Part shown: positions 8,805 through 16,221 of the stretch, piece after piece
How positions within the stretch are numbered: position 1 is the stretch's first letter
Layout: the number at the start of each line of letters is the position of its first letter
Origin: an uncultured Micavibrio sp.
GTDB taxonomy: Bacteria; Pseudomonadota; Alphaproteobacteria; Micavibrionales; UBA2020
Assembly: GCA_964575605.1 (NCBI GenBank)
Contig: CAZNRN010000020.1
Location: 306 to 64,305, forward strand
Reading direction: 5' to 3'
DNA: 64,000 bases
Program-made: the position numbers and the translations under genes
Notes under the pieces: model-generated
Told to the model about the DNA's origin: nothing
Databases searched by the model: none
Seen by the model: the letters and a program-made list of their open reading frames with translations, nothing else

Positions 8805-9521
8805 TTACTTAGTTAAAGCAGTTTTCTGGTGGGAAATCAACTCCCCCACGCCTTTACGCGCCAGCGCCATCAGCTCGAGGAACTGGGATTCGCTAAAAGC
8901 CCGGTGCTCCGCCGTGCCCTGCACTTCGACAAGCCCGCCCGAGCCGGTGATGACGAAATTGGCATCGGCCTCGGCGTTTGAATCTTCGGCATAGTCGAGG
9001 TCGAGCACCGCTGCACCCTGATAGAGCCCGCATGAAACCGCCGCGATTGAATCGATCAGCGGGTTTTCTTTCACCGCGCCGATTTTCACCAGATGCGCGC
9101 AAGCCTGCGCGAGGGCGACGTAAGAACCGGTGATCGCCGCTGTGCGCGTGCCGCCGTCGGCCTGTATCACGTCGCAGTCTAAAATAATCTGCATATCCGG
9201 CATGGCTTCCAGTTTCGTCACAGCACGGAGTGCCCTTCCAATGAGGCGCTGGATTTCCTGAGTGCGGCCCGACTGCTTGCCGCGCGCGGCTTCGCGGTCG
9301 GTGCGCGAATTCGTCGATCTCGGCAGCATGCCGTATTCCGCCGTCACCCAGCCCTTGCCTTTGCCCTTCAGCCAGGGCGCGACCTTGTCTTCGATGGTCG
9401 CGGTGCAGAGCACATGGGTGTCGCCGAATTTCGCAAGGCAGGAGCCTTCGGCATGCTTGGCGAAATCGGGTTCAAGGATAATGGTGCGGAGCTGGTCAGC
9501 CGCGCGGCCGGAGGGGCGCAT
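8805..9521 (-). CDS. rph: Ribonuclease PH
   Basis: [12 protein letters not shown] ... [14 protein letters not shown] ... [10 protein letters not shown] are canonical RNase PH blocks; 238 aa. Confidence 0.93.
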   Translation of the reverse strand: MRPSGRAADQLRTIILEPDFAKHAEGSCLAKFGDTHVLCTATIEDKVAPWLKGKGKGWVTAEYGMLPRSTNSRTDREAARGKQSGRTQEIQRLIGRALRAVTKLEAMPDMQIILDCDVIQADGGTRTAAITGSYVALAQACAHLVKIGAVKENPLIDSIAAVSCGLYQGAAVLDLDYAEDSNAEADANFVITGSGGLVEVQGTAEHRAFSESQFLELMALARKGVGELISHQKTALTK

Positions 9522-9547
9522 GGGTTAGCCTTTTGGGTTGTGGAATT

Positions 9548-10255
9548 TTAAGGGCGCGGGCCGGAGGAACGCTTGGCGCGCGAGATAGCCTCGTCCACTT
9601 CGCCCAGGAAGTCGGCGAGGTTTTCGCGGAATTTTTCCAGCGCTTCCAGCGGCACGGCGACATTGCCGCGCAGCTTTTCGGCCGCGTCGGAAACCTTGTC
9701 GGCCACATCGTGGAACGCGTTTGCGGCGGAGCCGCTGTTATCGTTGGAGCTGGCGGGCGAGGAGGTGTCGCTCTTGCCGCGGTTCTTCAGGCGCTCCTGG
9801 CGCGCGCGCTCGCGGCGCTCGGCAGAGGTCAGGCCGTCGGATGCGCCGCCGCTGCCCGAGCTGGTGCCGATGGTGTCGCGGCCCGCGCGGTTTTCAAAGA
9901 AGCTGAGGGTGTCTTCCTCGGTGAAGGGGCCGCGCTTCATGCGGCCGCCTGCGGCTTGCTCATAGGTCTGGCCCGAACCGGCGGCCTTGCCGGCGGCCAT
10001 GTTCTCGACGCCCTTGTGGCCATACTGGTCATAGGCGGCGCGCAGCGAGGGGTCGGTCAAAACTTTTTCGGCCTCGGTCGCCAGCTTGAAGCGGGCGATC
10101 GCCTCGTTCTTCTGCGCCTCGGTCATGTCGGTCTTGTGCTTGACGCGGTCGGGGTGCGAACGCATGACGATTTTCGAGTATGCGGATTTGATCTCCTGCA
10201 ACGTCGCGGTCTTTTTCAGGCCCAGCACTTCGTAATGATCAGGCTTTTCGCTCAT
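9548..10255 (-). CDS. J-domain protein (DnaJ-like, no zinc finger or CTD)
   Basis: DHYEVLGLKKTATLQEIKSAYSKIVMRSHPDRV carries the HPD motif. The rest is low-complexity Gly/Ser/Ala plus a helical C-terminus. It lies 26 nt upstream of rph in the same orientation. Confidence 0.75.
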   Translation of the reverse strand: MSEKPDHYEVLGLKKTATLQEIKSAYSKIVMRSHPDRVKHKTDMTEAQKNEAIARFKLATEAEKVLTDPSLRAAYDQYGHKGVENMAAGKAAGSGQTYEQAAGGRMKRGPFTEEDTLSFFENRAGRDTIGTSSGSGGASDGLTSAERRERARQERLKNRGKSDTSSPASSNDNSGSAANAFHDVADKVSDAAEKLRGNVAVPLEALEKFRENLADFLGEVDEAISRAKRSSGPRP

Positions 10256-10293
10256 CGTCTCGCGCTCTTGTCGGGTTCATTTTGGAGAATCCG

Positions 10294-10321
10294 ACTATAA
10301 GGATTTTGGTTGTTATGTCAA
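10294..10321 (-). promoter_or_regulatory. Sigma-70-type promoter for the J-domain gene (TTGACA-N16-TATAGT)
   Basis: Minus strand: TTGACA (10321..10316) and TATAGT (10299..10294). Confidence 0.5.
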
Positions 10322-10325
10322 TGTG

Positions 10326-10348
10326 CAATGAATCATCCGGATTCATTG
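10326..10348. promoter_or_regulatory. Perfect 9-bp inverted repeat CAATGAATC-N5-GATTCATTG between divergent promoters
   Basis: Arms at 10326-10334 and 10340-10348. The right arm overlaps the -35 of the putative hrcA promoter, and the left arm lies 5 bp from the -35 of the J-domain promoter. Confidence 0.45.
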
Positions 10349-10373
10349 GCTGTTTACGTGATAGCCCTTATAT
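10345..10373 (+). promoter_or_regulatory. Possible RpoH-type promoter for hrcA (ATTG-N18-CTTATAT)
   Basis: Compared with the alphaproteobacterial sigma-32 consensus CTTG-N17/18-CYTATNT, the -10 CTTATAT (10367-10373) matches fully and the -35 matches 3 of 4. Confidence 0.35.
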
Positions 10374-10422
10374 TAGGCGCATGATTTGAAAGATCAATCC
10401 CGCATGTCCAGCGTTATGGAAT

Positions 10423-11460
10423 ATGATTAAAGAGCTCAACGAACGCGCCCGCCAGATTCTCAAACTCGTCGTCGACGCCTATGTCGAGACGGGTGAACCC
10501 GTGGGCTCGATGGCGATCTCGCAAAAGCTCGGCATGAGGCTTTCCCCGGCCACCATCCGCAGCGCCATGGCGGAGCTGGAAGACCTCGGCCTTTTGTATG
10601 CGCCGCATACCTCCGCCGGACGCCTGCCGACCGATACGGGCCTGACTGTTTTTGTGGAAGGCTTGCTGGAGCTGAATACGCTGACAGCCGGCGAGCAGCA
10701 GAAAATCACCGCGCAGATCGAGGCCGTGAAGGGCCAGACGCTGCCGGATATCCTCGAGCAGACCAGCAGTTTCCTCTCGGGTCTATCCTCCTGCGCGGGC
10801 CTCGTCTTCGCGCCAAAATCGGAAGACCCGGTGAAGCAGGTTGAATTCGTGTTACTTTCGCCCGGGCGCGTGCTCGCTGTGCTTGTCACCAGTTCGGGCA
10901 TCGTCGAAAACCGCATGTTCGACGTGCCCGCCGATGTCACCGCCACGTCGCTGACGCGCGCGGCGAACTACCTCAATTCCCGCATCGCCGACAAAACATT
11001 GCAGCAGGCCGCCGACTACGTGACGGCCGAACTCGCGCGCGATAAAACGCAGCTGGATGCGCTGACGGCCAAAGTCGTGTCATCGGGCATCGCCAGCCTC
11101 GCGCCCAAGGAGGCGGGCGGGCATCTGTTTATCAAGGGGCAGTCGAACCTGCTCGACGACGTCACCGCGCTTGAAGACCTCGAGCGCATCCGCACGCTGT
11201 TCGATGCGCTGGAAACAAAGGAAACCATGCTGAAACTGCTGCAGTCGACCAGCAATGCCGAAGGCGTGAAAATCTTTATCGGCGCGGAAAACAAGCTGTT
11301 CAACCATTCCGGCTGCTCGCTGATCGTGGCGCCCTATAAAAACCAGGACGCCCGCGTGGTGGGCGCCATCGGCGTCATCGGCCCCACAAGACTCAACTAC
11401 AGCCGCGTTATTCCCGTCGTGAATTACACGTCGCAGATCATCAGTAAAATTATCGGTTAA
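10423..11460 (+). CDS. hrcA: Heat-inducible transcription repressor HrcA
   Basis: MIKELNERARQILKLVVDAYVETGEPVGS ... SPATIRSAMAELEDLGLLYAPHTSAGRLPT is the canonical HrcA N-terminus; 345 aa. Confidence 0.92.
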   Translation: MIKELNERARQILKLVVDAYVETGEPVGSMAISQKLGMRLSPATIRSAMAELEDLGLLYAPHTSAGRLPTDTGLTVFVEGLLELNTLTAGEQQKITAQIEAVKGQTLPDILEQTSSFLSGLSSCAGLVFAPKSEDPVKQVEFVLLSPGRVLAVLVTSSGIVENRMFDVPADVTATSLTRAANYLNSRIADKTLQQAADYVTAELARDKTQLDALTAKVVSSGIASLAPKEAGGHLFIKGQSNLLDDVTALEDLERIRTLFDALETKETMLKLLQSTSNAEGVKIFIGAENKLFNHSGCSLIVAPYKNQDARVVGAIGVIGPTRLNYSRVIPVVNYTSQIISKIIG

Positions 11461-12110
11461 GCGGCTTCGAAACTGCCGAAATAGAAATGATGCGCGGGCA
11501 GTTCGACCAGCTGCGACGCCGTGCGGTTATGTGTGCGGATGTAATGGTCGGCGATTTCCATGCCAAGCGTATTGCCCGCATAGGGCGGGAAGCCCTGCCC
11601 GGGCGCGCCGTAGAACCATGCGGCGTGGTCGTAGCTTTTATCCTGCAGCATGCCCTGCGCCCTTGCCCACATCTGCTGGAAGCCGTCGATGTCGAGCGCA
11701 AGGCCGTAGAAGGGCGCATTGCCGTCGCGCAGCTCCGTTTCGAAATGGCAGGCCAGGCCTTCGCTCACCAGCGCCTCGCCCAGCGTCGCGCCGAAGCCGG
11801 GGCCGCGGCGGCGGATGCAGTGATGCACCTGGTGCGCCAGCGTGGCCGCGAATTCCATCTCGAAATTTTTCTCGAAGTTCGCGTTCGAGGGGTCCAGCGT
11901 GATTTCCACCGTCGCATTGGTATGGCTGTGCCCCGACACGCCGGTTTCGGGCAGGGTGTAGCCGTCGGCCAGTATCGTCACGTAAATACCGGTCGCCTGC
12001 GGCATCAGTTTCTGGATGCGCTCCTTCGCGCGGGCAAAGCCGCGTTCCAGCTGGCGCGCGACGGCGTCCAGTTTCTTGGTGGGGTCGACGATATGCAGTT
12101 CCATGGTCAT
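11457..12110 (-). CDS. Hypothetical protein, possibly DUF2268-like metallopeptidase fold (HQVHH instead of HExxH)
   Basis: 217-aa ORF; ATLAHQVHHCIRRRGPGFGATLGEALVSEGLACHF resembles Zn-peptidase-like helices. Assignment is weak. It is opposite in orientation to hrcA and grpE. Confidence 0.35.
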   Translation of the reverse strand: MTMELHIVDPTKKLDAVARQLERGFARAKERIQKLMPQATGIYVTILADGYTLPETGVSGHSHTNATVEITLDPSNANFEKNFEMEFAATLAHQVHHCIRRRGPGFGATLGEALVSEGLACHFETELRDGNAPFYGLALDIDGFQQMWARAQGMLQDKSYDHAAWFYGAPGQGFPPYAGNTLGMEIADHYIRTHNRTASQLVELPAHHFYFGSFEAA

Positions 12111-12190
12111 GCCGCTACGTTACAGGCAAACGCGCGAAAAATCATGCGCTTCCCCCACCAAATGCTTGAATAAAATATGAAAAAACCGGG

Positions 12191-12219
12191 TTGACTCATC
12201 CCGACCCATGGGCTAACAA
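12191..12219 (+). promoter_or_regulatory. Sigma-70-type promoter for the GrpE-like gene (TTGACT-N17-TAACAA)
   Basis: TTGACT at 12191-12196 and TAACAA(T) at 12214-12219. The AGGAG RBS at 12236-12240 precedes the ATG at 12250. Confidence 0.45.
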
Positions 12220-12249
12220 TATGAAAATCTTAAATCAGGAGCCAAGACC

Positions 12250-13431
12250 ATGCCCGACGATAAAAAACCCGGCAGCAACCCGGCTGACAAGCCTGTGAGC
12301 GGCAATGGCGACCTGACTCCCGGTGAAAAATACGACCCCAGCGCCGACCCGCAGACCGAAGCGCACAAGAAGCGCATGGAAGACCTTTTCGGCGACCTCG
12401 ACGAAGACGATGAAGGCAATGACATCGTCGAAACGGTCGAGACGCTGCGCGCCGAGCGCGACACCCTGGCCGCACAGGTCGACCGCCTGAAAAATTCCGT
12501 GTCGCGCACGCGCAAGGAAAATTCCGCGCTGATGGAAAAAGTGAACGCCGGCAAGGACGCGCTGCAGGAAATCGAAAACCTGCGCGGCGAAGACAAGAAG
12601 GTTGCCGCGAAACGCCTGCTGGTGGACCTCGCCCCCGTCGCGACGCAGCTGGAAGAAGGCCTGAAAGAGATCAGCGCCGAGGAACGCGCCGCGAACCCGA
12701 AACTGAACACGCTGACCGTCGGCGTCGAAAAAACCGTCAGCCAGCTGTCGGCCGTTTTCAACAAGTACGGCATCGACCCCAAAGCGCCGCCCGCCATCGA
12801 AGCGCCCGCGGTTAAAGAAGAGAAGCCCGCGGCGCCCGAAGCCGATAAACCCGCGCAGCCCGCGAACGACGGCAGCACCACGCCGCCCGCCGTGATCGTG
12901 AAGGCAGACGACACGCTGGAAAGCCTGAAAGCCGAGCGCGCGCAGCTGCTGGCGGAAGTTTCGAGCCTCACCTCCACCGTTTCCCGCGCGCAGAGCGACA
13001 ACCTGACGCTCACCCGCCGCATCGAGGAAGGCAAACAGATTTTGGTGCGCGAGGAAGCCGCGCGCGAAAACGACAAGCAATGGGCGGCCGAAAAACCGCT
13101 GAAAGACCTGATGCCCGTCATCGATACGCTCGAGGCCGGCCTGAAACTCATCAACAACAAGGCGCGTCAGGAAGACCCGAACTTCGACCTGCTCGCCAAG
13201 ACCGTCGAGGGTACGCTGAAGAGCATCAACGCGACCTTCAACAAGCACGGGATCCGGCAGAACAACCCCGTCAACCAGCCCTTCGATGACGAACGCCACG
13301 AGGCCGTGACCACGGCCGTCGTCCCCGGCGTCGAGCCCGGCATGGTGGTTCAGGTGGTGCAAAAAGGCTACGAGCTGAACGGCCGCATCGTCCGCAACGC
13401 AAAAGTCGTTGTGACTCCGGACGATATGTAA
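12250..13431 (+). CDS. Atypical long GrpE-like nucleotide-exchange factor with duplicated helical module
   Basis: The C-terminus KPLKDLMPVIDTLEAGL ... NQPFDDERHEAVTTAVVPGVEPGMVVQVVQKGYELNGRIVRNAKVVVT aligns with the GrpE four-helix-bundle and beta domain. Residues 63-177 repeat residues 223-337 (offset 160 aa). Confidence 0.7.
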   Translation: MPDDKKPGSNPADKPVSGNGDLTPGEKYDPSADPQTEAHKKRMEDLFGDLDEDDEGNDIVETVETLRAERDTLAAQVDRLKNSVSRTRKENSALMEKVNAGKDALQEIENLRGEDKKVAAKRLLVDLAPVATQLEEGLKEISAEERAANPKLNTLTVGVEKTVSQLSAVFNKYGIDPKAPPAIEAPAVKEEKPAAPEADKPAQPANDGSTTPPAVIVKADDTLESLKAERAQLLAEVSSLTSTVSRAQSDNLTLTRRIEEGKQILVREEAARENDKQWAAEKPLKDLMPVIDTLEAGLKLINNKARQEDPNFDLLAKTVEGTLKSINATFNKHGIRQNNPVNQPFDDERHEAVTTAVVPGVEPGMVVQVVQKGYELNGRIVRNAKVVVTPDDM

Positions 13432-13445
13432 GGCCGAACGCCCGC

Positions 13446-13474
13446 CTTGAAATTGGCGCCGAAAAACCCCATTC
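13446..13474 (+). promoter_or_regulatory. RpoH (sigma-32) promoter for grpE
   Basis: CTTGAAA (13446-13452), 14-nt spacer, CCCCATTC (13467-13474). This is a near-perfect match to CTTGAAA-N13-15-CCCCATNT. Confidence 0.65.
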
Positions 13475-13501
13475 TTACACTCAGGTAAGAACGAGGATAT
13501 T

Positions 13502-14092
13502 ATGACAGACCCGCAATCCGCCCCCGACACGCCCGAGGAAGAAACCCCCGCGATGGACGAAGCCGCCGGCGACGAACTTGCCGCAGCCCAGGCGCGCATC
13601 GCCGAGCTGGAAAAGAAAGTCACCGAAATCAAGGACCAGGCGCTGCGCGCGCTGGCCGAGGCCGATAACACCCGCAAACGCATGGAGCGCGAGCGGCAGG
13701 ATATCGCAAAATTCGCCGTGTCGTCCTTCGCCCGCGACCTGCTGACCGTCGCCGACAACCTGCGCCGCGCCCTTGGCGCCATTTCGCAGGACGCCCGCAA
13801 CGGCTCGACCGAGCTCGACAATATCTATACGGGCGTCGAGGCGACCGAGCGCGAGCTGCTGAAGCTGTTCGAGAAAAATTCCATCACCCGCATCGACCCG
13901 CAGGGGCAGAAGTTCGACGCCAACCTGCACGAGGTGATGTTCGAAGTCGACGCCCCCGGCGCCGCCCCCGGCACCATCGTCACGGTGCTCGACCCCGGCT
14001 ACACCATCCACGAACGCCTCCTCCGCCCCGCCCGCGTGGGTGTCGCCCGAAGCGATGCCGCGAATGGCGGTACGGTGGATAAGGAAGTCTGA
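13502..14092 (+). CDS. grpE: Nucleotide exchange factor GrpE (canonical)
   Basis: ELEKKVTEIKDQALRALAEADNTRKRMERERQDIAKFAVSSFARDLLTVADNLRRAL ... GQKFDANLHEVMFEV ... GYTIHERLLRPARVGV; 196 aa. Confidence 0.92.
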   Translation: MTDPQSAPDTPEEETPAMDEAAGDELAAAQARIAELEKKVTEIKDQALRALAEADNTRKRMERERQDIAKFAVSSFARDLLTVADNLRRALGAISQDARNGSTELDNIYTGVEATERELLKLFEKNSITRIDPQGQKFDANLHEVMFEVDAPGAAPGTIVTVLDPGYTIHERLLRPARVGVARSDAANGGTVDKEV

Positions 14093-14103
14093 TTCACTGT
14101 CAG

Positions 14104-14127
14104 GTCGCCCCTGCGAAGGCAGGGGCC
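14104..14127 (+). terminator. Hairpin GTCGCCCCTGC-GAAG-GCAGGGGCC after grpE
   Basis: 8-bp GC stem with a GAAG loop, 12 nt after the grpE stop. There is no clear T-run. An exact reverse-complement copy lies at 14239-14262. Confidence 0.45.
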
Positions 14128-14238
14128 CAGTACCGTTGTCATCAAAAATGCTGTTGGAAAAAACAAGCGCAGGCTGTCGTCGCTTGTTAGTGCTGCCTGC
14201 GACTGCGGCGCGAGCCGCGTTTATAACCCACGGTGCTA

Positions 14239-14262
14239 GGCCCCTGCCTTCGCAGGGGCGAC
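14239..14262 (-). terminator. Mirror copy of the same hairpin after the MORN-like gene
   Basis: GGCCCCTGCCTTCGCAGGGGCGAC is the exact reverse complement of 14104-14127. It lies 15 nt beyond the stop of 14277..14834. Confidence 0.45.
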
Positions 14263-14276
14263 AATGTTTGTATAGA

Positions 14277-14834
14277 TTACGGCGCGGGCCCCGCGCCGGG
14301 TTTCTTGAACTTGATCGGCGCCAGCACCTGCACCTTGTCTTCGGTGACGGTGGCCTGTTCGGCGACTTTTTCCAGCTCGGCTTCTTTTTTCTCCTGCTGG
14401 ATTTTGGGGGTGACGGTTGCGCCCTGCAGCCATTTCTCGCCGTTCTGCCACCATTCGTTGCATTCGGCTTTTTCGACGGCGGGGCCGTCGTCGCGGTGCA
14501 GCTTGTCGTTCTGGTACCACATTTTGTCGCCGTTCGCATGCACGACGGCGGGGCCGTTATCGCGGTGGCGCAACCCGTTCAGGAAATATTCATAGCCGCC
14601 GTCGGCCAGTTCTTTCGCCGGGCCGTCTTCGCGGTGCAGGTTGCCGAATTTATAAAACTCGCGGTGCTTGCCGTTGGCGCTCACGTACGCGGGCTCGCCG
14701 CCGTCGCGGTGGAGTTTCCAGTGGAAATACCAGTACTGGTTGCCGGCACCGTCCATCGTGCGGCCGACCGGCAGGTGGCAGACGTGTTTCAGCCTGGCGA
14801 AGACATCGGTAATTTTCACGGGGTGCGACTCCAT
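14277..14834 (-). CDS. MORN-variant (YwqK-like) repeat protein
   Basis: Repeating W(Y/F)-x-N/G-x-LHR(D/E)(D/G)GPA units: YFHWKLHRDGGEPAY, FYKFGNLHREDGPAKE, YFLNGLRHRDNGPAVV, WYQNDKLHRDDGPAVE. The tail is Lys/Glu/Pro-rich. Confidence 0.6.
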   Translation of the reverse strand: MESHPVKITDVFARLKHVCHLPVGRTMDGAGNQYWYFHWKLHRDGGEPAYVSANGKHREFYKFGNLHREDGPAKELADGGYEYFLNGLRHRDNGPAVVHANGDKMWYQNDKLHRDDGPAVEKAECNEWWQNGEKWLQGATVTPKIQQEKKEAELEKVAEQATVTEDKVQVLAPIKFKKPGAGPAP

Positions 14835-14937
14835 ATGAACGGATAAAAATAATGCGCCGCCATATTAGAAAATTATGGCAATCGGTCAACCCGTAATCAT
14901 GCCGGATGCGAAAATACTTCTTGGCATTATGGGAATA

Positions 14938-15189
14938 TCAGCGGTTATATTCCGCCTTGAACGTGAAGCCGCCGAACGAGGCCGGAATATCGGCAGGCTT
15001 GGTCGCTCCCGTTTTCGACAGCACCACGCGGCCGAAGGGTTCGTTCGTTTTGGGATCGATGTCGAGCATCACGCCCTGCACATCGGGCGAATAGGTCATC
15101 ATCTGGCGCATGGCGGCGTCGTGTTTGTTGAACACGGCATTCAATTCCGACAGCGACCATTCTTTCTTTTTCTCGCCAAACCCTAACAT
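14938..15189 (-). CDS. Small hypothetical protein (83 aa)
   Basis: Start moved to the ATG at 15189 (MLGFGEKKKEW...), which has a GGGAG RBS 5 nt upstream. No motif. Confidence 0.45.
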   Translation of the reverse strand: MLGFGEKKKEWSLSELNAVFNKHDAAMRQMMTYSPDVQGVMLDIDPKTNEPFGRVVLSKTGATKPADIPASFGGFTFKAEYNR

Positions 15190-15260
15190 GCATGCTCCCT
15201 TTTGATGCGGCTGCAGCATCATAGCGGGGAATAATGTTTATGGCAAATACTGGCGGGTAA

Positions 15261-16139
15261 CTACCTGCAATTCCTGGCAATACGGGCATTCAGCGGCTGG
15301 TCGGTTTCGGCGCGCCTGACACAGGAATGGCCGGGATCGCCCGCAGGCGGCTTCACGCCCTCGGCCAGTAAAAACCGCACCGCATGGCTGCCTGTCAGCC
15401 CCGCCGGATAGCGTGGGACATTCTTCACGATTTTGTATCCGTCATCCGTTTTGACGATTTTCTTTTCCTCGGCCAGCTGCGCGAGCCCCGCCTCGCGCGG
15501 CAGCACGTCGTAGGCTTCGGTCGTCGCATCCGAAACGATATCCGCAGGCTTCAAATCGGCGGTTCCCGCTGTCGTCCCTGCAGCGACGTCGACTGTCCCG
15601 TCAGGGGTTATGCCGAAATTCATGACTGTCACGGCCGCGCCCGATGCAGTCACCGCGCGTCCTGCCATGGCCTGCAAGGAAAGCGCGGCCTGCCGCGCTT
15701 CCGCGCTGTCTGCTTCGGGCGAGAGGACGGGAATGCAGTCGCGCAGCTTTACGATTGAAACTTTCGCGGCCGCCAGTCCCGCCACGCCCGCCATGGTTTC
15801 TTTCTGCCCGCGCGCCGCGGGCCCCGCCGCAATGAAACGTGAAATGCGCGACGCATCGCCATCCACCTGCCAGATGACGGATGTGCCGGCCGCCGCGACA
15901 ATGTAGAGCTGTCCCGTTCCCGCCGTCGCCGTGACGCGCACAACAGTTGTCAGTGTGTCCTGCCCCGCGAGGCTCCGGGTCGAAAACAACCCGCCTTCAT
16001 AGGCATTCAGGAAGACGATGGTATCGCCGGCCCCCGCGGCGGGCGCCGCACAGCCCTCCGCCCCTGCCCGGGATGACAGGACAAGGAGCAGGAGCAGCAG
16101 CAGCAGCGCCACAGGGCGAAGGTTCGGATAACGGGGCAT
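15261..16139 (-). CDS. Secreted protein of unknown function
   Basis: Signal peptide with a poly-Leu core: MPRYPNLRPVALLLLLLLLVLSSRAGAEG. 292 aa, Ala/Gly/Thr-rich. Confidence 0.55.
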   Translation of the reverse strand: MPRYPNLRPVALLLLLLLLVLSSRAGAEGCAAPAAGAGDTIVFLNAYEGGLFSTRSLAGQDTLTTVVRVTATAGTGQLYIVAAAGTSVIWQVDGDASRISRFIAAGPAARGQKETMAGVAGLAAAKVSIVKLRDCIPVLSPEADSAEARQAALSLQAMAGRAVTASGAAVTVMNFGITPDGTVDVAAGTTAGTADLKPADIVSDATTEAYDVLPREAGLAQLAEEKKIVKTDDGYKIVKNVPRYPAGLTGSHAVRFLLAEGVKPPAGDPGHSCVRRAETDQPLNARIARNCR

Positions 16140-16185
16140 CCTTTAATTGTAACAAAAACAAGCCACTAAACGATTAACCCGTCAA

Positions 16186-16214
16186 TTGACATATACCGCC
16201 ATTTGTCATACGAT
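16186..16214 (+). promoter_or_regulatory. Sigma-70-type promoter giving a leaderless transcript for 16222..16815
   Basis: TTGACA 16186-16191, 17-nt spacer, TACGAT 16209-16214. The ATG at 16222 is 7 nt after the -10 and there is no RBS. Confidence 0.45.
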
Positions 16215-16221
16215 ACCCGCC

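Noticed and set aside
10256-10422. CIRCE operator (TTAGCACTC-N9-GAGTGCTAA), expected near HrcA-regulated genes and searched upstream of hrcA and dnaK.
   Set aside because: Not present. The only partial resemblance is AGTGCTAG at 17823-17830, which has no left half-site. In alphaproteobacteria CIRCE usually sits at groESL, which is not in this window.
16085-16112. CAG/GCA trinucleotide run (gagcaggagcagcagcagcagcagcgcc), considered as a repeat element.
   Set aside because: It simply encodes the poly-Leu core of the signal peptide of 15261..16139 on the minus strand.
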